Below, in pieces: positions 40,141 through 45,959 of a stretch of 45,959 nt of DNA. The notes beneath the pieces are model-generated. The model saw only the letters and a list, made by a program, of their open reading frames with translations, did no database searches and was not told the origin of the DNA. The stretch is from a virus. The stretch lies in the IMG/VR virus record IMGVR_UViG_3300025121_000006; one strand, written 5' to 3'. The translations under genes were made by a program, and so were the position numbers. Each line of letters begins with the position of its first letter. Position 1 is the stretch's first letter.

Positions 40141-41043
40141 ATGGATTTACCTGTAAATAAAATTATCTGCGGGGATTGCAAAACCATCCTGCAGGCGGTC
40201 CCTGATAATCTGGTGGATTTAGTTTTCTGTTCGCCGCCATACGAGGATGCAAGGACGTATGGTATTGATTTTAAGTTAACAGAGCAGAAATGGGTAGATT
40301 GGGCTGTCGAGAGATTTATAGAGTGCGTTAGAGTATGCAAAGGTGTTGTTTGTTGGGTGGTCGAAGGTAAAACAAGGGACTTTCGATGGTCGGCAACACC
40401 GGTATTATTGATGGCGGATTTACATAGAGCAGGAATACATTTGCGAAAACCGCCGATTTACAAACGATACGGAATTCCCGGCAGTGGCGGGCAAGAGTGG
40501 CTGCGTAATGATTATGAATTTATTGTTTGTGCAAGTCGTGGCAAATTGCCGTGGAGTGACAATACAGCAATGGGGCATCCGCCAAAATACGAAATGGGCG
40601 GCCGGTGCAGCAATAGAACAGCAGATGGGCGAAGGGCAAATGAACAGAGATACGCAGCGTTAGACGCCATGCGATTAACACCAAGTGAAACCAGCAGGCG
40701 AAACGGCGCAAAAGGTAACGGCGGTTATGCGAAACCAAAGATAGCAAATCCGGGCAATATAATTGATTGTGGAGCTGCTGGCGGCGGGAGAATGGGAAGT
40801 AAACTGGCCAGTGAGAACGAAGCACCTTTTCCGGAAGCACTTGTCGAATTTTTTGTTAGGTCTTTCTGTCCTGCATGCGGAATCGTACTCGATCCATTTT
40901 GTGGTTCAGGAACAACAGTAAGCGTCGCAAAACAGTGGGGAAGAAATTTTATCGGAATTGACATTAGGCAATCACAGGTCGATTTATCCTGCATGCGAAT
41001 AAGGGAAATAAAGGAACAGTATGGTTTGTTTGAATCTGCGTAA
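40141..41043 (+). CDS. beta-class DNA methyltransferase (N4-cytosine or N6-adenine)
   Basis: 'VDLVFCSPPYEDA' (motif IV, SPPY) lies N-terminal to 'VLDPFCGSGTTVSVA' (motif I). This permuted order defines beta-class amino-MTases. Confidence 0.8.
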   Translation: MDLPVNKIICGDCKTILQAVPDNLVDLVFCSPPYEDARTYGIDFKLTEQKWVDWAVERFIECVRVCKGVVCWVVEGKTRDFRWSATPVLLMADLHRAGIHLRKPPIYKRYGIPGSGGQEWLRNDYEFIVCASRGKLPWSDNTAMGHPPKYEMGGRCSNRTADGRRANEQRYAALDAMRLTPSETSRRNGAKGNGGYAKPKIANPGNIIDCGAAGGGRMGSKLASENEAPFPEALVEFFVRSFCPACGIVLDPFCGSGTTVSVAKQWGRNFIGIDIRQSQVDLSCMRIREIKEQYGLFESA

Positions 41044-41055
41044 TCAGCGGGTAAG
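41032..41055 (-). repeat. junction element: C units, reverse (short)
   Basis: GAATCTGCGTAATCAGCGGGTAAG. It contains the MTase stop codon. Confidence 0.8.
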
Positions 41056-41059
41056 AAGA

Positions 41060-41075
41060 CTTTTGTTAACAATTG
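41060..41075. promoter_or_regulatory. palindromic box CTTTTGTTAACAATTG, copy 2 (upstream of terS)
   Basis: 16 nt identical to 1616-1631. Confidence 0.5.
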
Positions 41076-41125
41076 CTGGTTTTTCGCTTGCGGTTGTTGA
41101 ACCAATAGTAGGAAGATAAGGCTTT

Positions 41126-41713
41126 ATGGCTAAAAGAGCAAAAAAACAATCAAAAACAGAAAGGGCAAAAAAATGCACAACGTCTAAACCCCGTAAAAGG
41201 TCTGCCTCCGCTTCTGTGCGTAATACCGGCAGCGGGGGCAGGCCTGATCTGTTCGAGTCGCAGTTCTGTGAGAGGGCGAAAAGGTACTGCTCGAGGTACA
41301 AGGCCGACTGGGGGGATTTGGCCAAAGAGTTCAAGGTTTCAGAGCGGACGATTTTCGCATGGATGGCAAAGTACCCAAAATTCAAAAAGGCAATCGAGGA
41401 GGGCAGGGCGCTTGCCGCAGGGCCGATTGAACTGAATCTTCGCCAGCTTGCTATGCCGCATGACGAAGTTCAGGAAGAGCATGAGCTGCGGGGTAAGGGG
41501 AAAAATAAAAAGCTGGTGGTGGTCAAAAGGAAAATAAAAAAAGGGTGTGTCGATGTGACGGCGGCGATCAAGGTACTGGCGGCCGACGACCCAAAGAGGT
41601 TCGGAAACAAGGTCAGTATCGGCGGCGACGAAGGGATGGACCCTTTGAGGATGCTGATAACCGAGATACGCCAGCAGCCGACGGTTCTGCCGCAGGATGA
41701 AAAGAAAGTTTAA
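41126..41713 (+). CDS. terS: terminase small subunit
   Basis: 'GGRPDLFESQFCERAKRYC...LAKEFKVSERTIFAWMAKYPKFKKAIEEG' is the usual TerS HTH pattern. It lies directly upstream of TerL. Confidence 0.7.
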   Translation: MAKRAKKQSKTERAKKCTTSKPRKRSASASVRNTGSGGRPDLFESQFCERAKRYCSRYKADWGDLAKEFKVSERTIFAWMAKYPKFKKAIEEGRALAAGPIELNLRQLAMPHDEVQEEHELRGKGKNKKLVVVKRKIKKGCVDVTAAIKVLAADDPKRFGNKVSIGGDEGMDPLRMLITEIRQQPTVLPQDEKKV

Positions 41714-41730
41714 CCACGAAGGACACGAAG
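41709..41730 (+). repeat. minimal junction element (A units) forming a complete 17-nt intercistronic spacer
   Basis: TTTAACCACGAAGGACACGAAG. Its TAA is the TerS stop, and the next ATG follows immediately. Confidence 0.95.
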
Positions 41731-41949
41731 ATGAAAGTAAATCAAATCAGCGTAACTTATGGAGAATTGCGAAGTACAGGGTATCCGGCGTTCAGCAACA
41801 AACGACACGAGGTGACAATCGGGGCTGTACTGTCCGATACTGATTCGCCGCAACTGGTCTATGAAAAATTACATGACAGGGCAAAGCATTTAGTAAAAAC
41901 GGCGTTTGGTGACAAGGATATAGAGGGGCAGCAGGAAATGCCGTTTTAA
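41731..41949 (+). CDS. hypothetical protein
   Basis: 72 aa. The ATG directly follows TTAACCACGAAGGACACGAAG, and the stop lies inside a C-type element. Confidence 0.5.
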   Translation: MKVNQISVTYGELRSTGYPAFSNKRHEVTIGAVLSDTDSPQLVYEKLHDRAKHLVKTAFGDKDIEGQQEMPF

Positions 41950-41972
41950 TCAGCGGAATCAGCGTTAAAAGG
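41947..41972 (-). repeat. junction element: C units, reverse
   Basis: TAATCAGCGGAATCAGCGTTAAAAGG. Confidence 0.85.
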
Positions 41973-41977
41973 ATTTT

Positions 41978-43513
41978 ATGACCGAGCGGGAATTTACAGA
42001 CAATATGAAGAACAGGTTATGGCGGCTAAATAACCTGTATATGGTCATGGACGACCAGGGCAATAAGGTGCGTTTCAGACTGAACGCCGTGCAGCATATC
42101 CTGTATAAGGCTCTGTGGTGGCTAAACGTGGTCTTAAAGAGCCGCCAGCACGGGATAACTACCTTTGTCTGTATATTCTTTCTTGACGCATGCCTGTTCA
42201 ACGAGAACGTCCGCGCCGGTATTATCGCCCACAAGTTAAAGGACGCGCAGAAGATATTCCGCGATAAGATAAAATTCGCTTACGACAACCTGCCCGCGTC
42301 GCTTAAAAAACAGTGCGTTCCGGTCAAGGACGATGCGCTGGAGCTGTTATTCGAGCATAACAGCGGCATCTACGTCGGGACCAGTATGAGGTCCGGCACT
42401 CTTCAATACCTGCACATTTCCGAATACGGATGGCTTTGCGCCCATACGCCGCAGAAGGCAAAGGAAATAAAATCAGGCGCTATGGAAACGGTTCATCAGG
42501 GCGGTATTATTATCGTCGAATCGACCGCCGAGGGCGTTGGTAACGACTTTCAAAAGCTGTGTACGACCGCCCAGAATAATAGCGGTAAAGAACTATCGAG
42601 GATGGATTACAGGTTCCATTTCTTCCCCTGGTACAAAAAGCTGGAAAACCAGTTGTTTGAGGCGGTAGCTATAAGCGAGGATTTGCAGAAGTATTTCGCC
42701 CGGATAGAAAACGAGACCGGCGACAGGATAGCGGATTCCTATCGTGCTTGGTATTCGAAGAAAAAGATTACGCTTGGCAGCGATACCTATAAGGAGCATC
42801 CATCGACCGCCGAAGAGGCGTTTTTAGCCAGTATCGAGGGCAGCTATTACGGGGCAAGGATGATACAGGCCGAGGAAGAGGGCCGCGTTACGATGGTCCA
42901 GCCGGTAGCTTACGCCAAGGTCTATTCGTTTTGGGATATCGGCGATATCCATACCAGTATCTGGTTTTGCCAGTTCATTAAAAATCAGATCCGATGCGTC
43001 GATTACTACGAGGATAACGCAGGGCTGGGACTGCCCGAATACGGCAGGGTATTGCAGGCCAAGCCCTATATCTACGGCGACCATTTCGCGCCGCCCGATA
43101 TAGGCGGCAGTAACCGAAAAAGCTTCCAGACGGGTAAGACTACGCTGGATATCGCGGCGGAGGCGGGGATACACTTTAAGGTTATCGAACCGCACAGGAT
43201 AGAGGATAGGATTGCCGCGGTAAGGGATGTTGTCTTAAATCAATGCTGGTTCGATAAGATACGCTGCGAGTTTGGCATTAAGTGCCTTAAAAACTACCGA
43301 AAGGAAAAAGACGAGCTTGCCAGCAGCGAGGATATCACGGTTTATAAGAATAGGCCATATCACGACGGGTTCAGCCACGGGGCGGACGCGTTCGGGTATA
43401 TGGCGATGGCGTTTATGTACGAGATGATCGGCGGGTCAAGACTGGGCGCGACAAGGCCGCAGTCGATACACGAGGATGCGCCGGAGCCGGAATACGACTT
43501 GTTGGGACTATAG
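41978..43513 (+). CDS. terL: terminase large subunit
   Basis: 511 aa. It has the ATPase segment 'VVLKSRQHGITTF', then 'IIIVESTAEG', and a C-terminal nuclease-like half with 'DIGD' and 'HGADAFGY'. Confidence 0.8.
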   Translation: MTEREFTDNMKNRLWRLNNLYMVMDDQGNKVRFRLNAVQHILYKALWWLNVVLKSRQHGITTFVCIFFLDACLFNENVRAGIIAHKLKDAQKIFRDKIKFAYDNLPASLKKQCVPVKDDALELLFEHNSGIYVGTSMRSGTLQYLHISEYGWLCAHTPQKAKEIKSGAMETVHQGGIIIVESTAEGVGNDFQKLCTTAQNNSGKELSRMDYRFHFFPWYKKLENQLFEAVAISEDLQKYFARIENETGDRIADSYRAWYSKKKITLGSDTYKEHPSTAEEAFLASIEGSYYGARMIQAEEEGRVTMVQPVAYAKVYSFWDIGDIHTSIWFCQFIKNQIRCVDYYEDNAGLGLPEYGRVLQAKPYIYGDHFAPPDIGGSNRKSFQTGKTTLDIAAEAGIHFKVIEPHRIEDRIAAVRDVVLNQCWFDKIRCEFGIKCLKNYRKEKDELASSEDITVYKNRPYHDGFSHGADAFGYMAMAFMYEMIGGSRLGATRPQSIHEDAPEPEYDLLGL

Positions 43514-43572
43514 GCTGTGGGCTTTGGGCTTTGGGTACTAAAGTCTATAGCCTAAAGGCCAGGGACTAAATT
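43513..43572 (+). repeat. heptamer run (GGGCTTT / ..CTA family)
   Basis: GGCTGTGGGCTTTGGGCTTTGGGTACTAAAGTCTATAGCCTAAAGGCCAGGGACTAAATT. Confidence 0.7.
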
Positions 43573-43761
43573 ATGAAATATATTGTCACATGTCCGAAAT
43601 GCAGAACCGATATCGGGGCGAAGATGCCCGATGGCTCGGTGGATAAGGCGATGTGCGGCAACTGCGGGCTTGTTTTCGATACCTCGCAGGTCAGCGGCCG
43701 GATACTGAAGGAACTGCCCGAGCGGGAGGAAGAGGAAATTGATTTATTGGCGATGGACTGA
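43573..43761 (+). CDS. zinc-ribbon protein
   Basis: The 'CPKC...CGNCG' pair, 62 aa. Confidence 0.5.
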   Translation: MKYIVTCPKCRTDIGAKMPDGSVDKAMCGNCGLVFDTSQVSGRILKELPEREEEEIDLLAMD

Positions 43762-43771
43762 AAAGAAAAAG

Positions 43772-43818
43772 AAACAGCCGTATTAAACGCTGATTTCGCA
43801 GATTACGCAGATTAAAGG
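43772..43818 (+). repeat. junction element: AACAGCC + C units
   Basis: AAACAGCCGTATTAAACGCTGATTTCGCAGATTACGCAGATTAAAGG. Confidence 0.9.
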
Positions 43819-44072
43819 AAAGTTAAAAATGAACAAAAGGCTTGAAAAGGATATTATCGGTGAAGTGTAGTAGCCGTAAATTTTATATGGAGAATGCGTA
43901 TGTTGTAAAGAACATACGAGAAAGTTCACTGGACTTTTTGGCGAATAGTTGCCCCATTGAGGCGGCCAGCCTACAGAACACGGACTTCTTGTGCGTTCCC
44001 GTTTTGAAATTTGTCGGTTTTGTAGTTAATGCCCTGCCGTAAGAGGTGGGGCAGAACTACCGAAAGTCAAGG

Positions 44073-44399
44073 ATGGCGAAAACAAAAAAACAATTCAACC
44101 GTGAGTATTACCTAAAATATCGGGATAGCATTTTGGCCACTCGAAAGTTAGACAGGGCAATAAACGGCCAGAAACAATACAGAACGGACAAGAAATATAA
44201 TTATGGAAATAGGTATAATACAAGGTATTACGCCAGCCGTGAGCGGTATAGACAATCGGAAAAATGCCGAGCGGCTACGGTAAAACGATTACAGCGTTGG
44301 ATAGACACTCACCCAGAAGCATCGGAAAAGACGCTGGAAAAAATGGAATACTATATCAGGGTAAACGAAAGAACCGTGTCGCTGGCAAGTGTTGAATAA
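44073..44399 (+). CDS. K/R/Y-rich hypothetical protein in an AT-rich island
   Basis: 108 aa from the ATG at 44073 (SD-like AAGGA). The ORF track begins at GTG 44046. Confidence 0.4.
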   Translation: MAKTKKQFNREYYLKYRDSILATRKLDRAINGQKQYRTDKKYNYGNRYNTRYYASRERYRQSEKCRAATVKRLQRWIDTHPEASEKTLEKMEYYIRVNERTVSLASVE

Positions 44400-44465
44400 A
44401 TCAGCGAAATCTGCGTAATCAGCGTTAAAAATGGATTTGAAATTTGAAATTTAATAGTTGAAAGG
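44399..44465. repeat. C units (reverse) + TTTGAAA heptamers
   Basis: AATCAGCGAAATCTGCGTAATCAGCGTTAAAA is identical to 1307-1338. It is followed by GGATTTGAAATTTGAAATTTAAT. Confidence 0.9.
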
Positions 44466-44474
44466 AAAAAAAGA

Positions 44475-44984
44475 ATGGCAAAGAACCAGAAGTCAGACAT
44501 TAGTAATCAGAAACCAGAGGATATCGGCACAGGTCAAGGTCCTGATACCGATGAACAACCGGTAGTGAACGAAAACGCGGCGGCGGATCTGGCAGCCGAG
44601 AACGCAGAGCTAAAAAAGAAGCTGGCGAAGGCTACGGCTGAAAAAGGGATACCGTCGGTCAATAAGACAGTGCAGGGCGAACAGCCCAGGATGGAGGAGA
44701 TTATGGGTAAGCAGTTCGCGCATGCGAAAATCAAAAAGACATCGGAGCTGACCAAAGAGGATATCGTCTCCATCGAACGCGAGATCCGACGGTATGTCAA
44801 AAGGGGCGGCATTGTCGCCGGTAAAGAGGTTAAAGGCGGTTACGTCAAGGGCCTGACCGCAGAGAAGAAGGCCAACGCCGATAGACTGCTGAAACTTATC
44901 GGCAGGGTCGATGACAAGGGCAATCCTATTGCAAAATGGGATGAATCTATCGACGTGCCGGGTATGAGCAACGCGCTGAAATAG
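44475..44984 (+). CDS. hypothetical protein
   Basis: 169 aa, SD AAAGGAAAAA, with an acidic N-terminus and a basic C-terminus. Confidence 0.5.
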   Translation: MAKNQKSDISNQKPEDIGTGQGPDTDEQPVVNENAAADLAAENAELKKKLAKATAEKGIPSVNKTVQGEQPRMEEIMGKQFAHAKIKKTSELTKEDIVSIEREIRRYVKRGGIVAGKEVKGGYVKGLTAEKKANADRLLKLIGRVDDKGNPIAKWDESIDVPGMSNALK

Positions 44985-45013
44985 GGAATAGGTTGTAGGC
45001 GATGGGCTTTAGT

Positions 45014-45084
45014 ACTTCGTGGAACTTCGTGTTCTTCGTGGTTAAAAATGGATTTGAAATTTGAAATTTAAAATTTGAAAAGGG
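45014..45084. repeat. A units (reverse) + TTTGAAA heptamers
   Basis: ACTTCGTGGAACTTCGTGTTCTTCGTGGTTAAAA, then GGATTTGAAATTTGAAATTTAAAATTTGAAAAGGG. Confidence 0.9.
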
Positions 45085-45091
45085 TAAAATT

Positions 45092-45616
45092 ATGGATGAA
45101 TGTAATGGTCAGGGAAATTGTGTGGCGGTTATGGAAAAGTACATCGGCACGAAGATTGTCAAAGCCAGACCGATGAATCTCGGCGACTACCACCAGTATC
45201 GCGGTTGGGTAATACCAGCGAACGAGAATCCTGCAATAGAAGGATTTTTGGTTGCGTATGAGGATGGTTACGAATGGTGGAGTCCAAAAGAGGCGTTTGT
45301 TGCTTATAGGAAAACCAGCGGTATGAATTTTGGCCTTGCTATTGAGGCGTTGAAGAAGGGTTGCAAAGTTGCCCGCGCCGGCTGGAACGGCAAGAATATG
45401 TGGTTGGTTTATATGTCCGGTATGACACTGCCGCCGTTCAACACTCAAGGCACAGACCGCAAAGTCAATGACCGAACGGCGAAGTGGATTGGCGAAGATA
45501 CACCACTTGAAACTTTGCCGTATATTGCGATGTGGACTGCGGATAAAAAGTGGCTTCCTGGGTGGCTGGCATCACAAACGGATATGCTGGTCGATGACTG
45601 GATGATTGTCGAATAA
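45092..45616 (+). CDS. DUF2829 (Tad2-family) domain protein with N-terminal extension
   Basis: 'MNFGLAIEALKKGCKVARAGWNGKNMWLVYM....PYIAMWTADKKWLPGWLASQTDMLVDDWMIVE' matches the DUF2829 pattern as I remember it. Confidence 0.65.
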   Translation: MDECNGQGNCVAVMEKYIGTKIVKARPMNLGDYHQYRGWVIPANENPAIEGFLVAYEDGYEWWSPKEAFVAYRKTSGMNFGLAIEALKKGCKVARAGWNGKNMWLVYMSGMTLPPFNTQGTDRKVNDRTAKWIGEDTPLETLPYIAMWTADKKWLPGWLASQTDMLVDDWMIVE

Positions 45617-45640
45617 AAGCCCTCGCGGCGATTGAGCGAA
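45617..45640 (+). promoter_or_regulatory. conserved leader box, copy 4
   Basis: AAGCCCTCGCGGCGATTGAGCGAA, ending 4 nt before the ATG at 45645. Confidence 0.55.
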
Positions 45641-45644
45641 TATT

Positions 45645-45959
45645 ATGAAATGGTATGAAAAAGATGAAACGCAGTTTACGCCGCCCGATTTTATCGACCG
45701 GCGGCATGCGTATCTGCAATGCTTCTATGGCGGTGACGAAGGGCGGGCTGTTCTATGCGACCTTCGCCGCCGAGTTGCTGAAAAAACCGTGGGTACGCCC
45801 GAAGAGGCGGTCGCGAAGCTATTGCTCTTGGACTTTATTGACAGCATACCGAGGATAGCCGGCGCGGTCGATGCGATGGCGCTGGTTAAGGCAGAGGGGG
45901 TTATAGCGTTCGCATACGAAGAGCCGCAGCAAGAAGACAAGGAAACGGATTTATTGGAC
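45645..45959 (+). CDS. hypothetical protein, N-terminal part (continues at 2..139 across the junction; 108 aa in total)
   Basis: 105 codons with no stop before the window end. It is preceded by a copy of the AAGCC..CGCGGCG..TGAGCG leader box. Confidence 0.6.
   Translation, partial: MKWYEKDETQFTPPDFIDRRHAYLQCFYGGDEGRAVLCDLRRRVAEKTVGTPEEAVAKLLLLDFIDSIPRIAGAVDAMALVKAEGVIAFAYEEPQQEDKETDLLD
45833..45959. repeat. terminal direct repeat, copy 2 (identical to 1-127)
   Basis: Base-by-base identity of 127 nt. The length is typical of a k=127 assembly overlap. Confidence 0.95.

Larger units (their letters stand above)
1..45832. mobile_element. complete circular genome of a temperate podovirus-like phage (one unit length)
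   Basis: The 127-bp exact terminal overlap closes the circle. Portal, capsid, tail-tube, terminase, integrase and lysis genes are all present. Confidence 0.85.

Noticed and set aside
43842-44042. A 66-aa ORF in the AT-rich island.
   Set aside because: It has no SD, an odd composition, and starts inside a region with hairpins. I treated it as probably non-coding.
136-45084. The short tandem units could be taken for CRISPR mini-arrays.
   Set aside because: The units are only 7-10 nt, directly abutting with no spacers, and number 2-4 per locus. They are spread over ~45 loci at gene boundaries, and no cas genes are present.

Overview
The window is a complete, circularly closed phage genome with a unit length of 45,832 bp. 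Bases 1-127 are identical to 45833-45959, which looks like an assembler overlap, and one ORF reads cleanly across that junction. All genes but two are on the + strand.

Gene content:
- A T7-type podovirus virion core: scaffold-like protein, major capsid, tail tubular A-like and B-like proteins, portal, and internal/ejection proteins including a 2132-aa giant ORF.
- Several beta-helix, LamG and fibre proteins.
- TerS and TerL, and lysis genes.
- A minus-strand lysogeny module (tyrosine integrase plus lipoprotein) and a second tyrosine recombinase.
- A replication initiator with iterons inside its own gene.
- Two DNA-methyltransferase-like genes, a radical-SAM protein, an ASCH protein and a DUF2829 (Tad2-family) protein.
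- I saw no polymerase, tRNA, CRISPR array or reverse transcriptase.

The most unusual signal is not a protein. At least 45 copies of modular short-tandem-repeat 'junction elements' occupy almost every gene boundary. The parts are an AACAGCC box, TTAAC, 2-3 units of 9-10 nt from three families (A = CACGAAGG, B = CGCGGATT/CACGGATT, C = CGCTGATT/CGCAGATT), and then AT-rich heptamer runs.
- The elements supply stop codons, SD-like motifs and start contexts.
- They are translated as signal-peptide-like N-termini on seven predicted virion proteins.
- Vestigial in-frame copies persist inside ORFs. There they flank AT-rich cassettes in the giant ORF, one of which carries a PARP-like ADP-ribosyltransferase motif.

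All functional calls rest on motif recognition by eye. No database search was possible.
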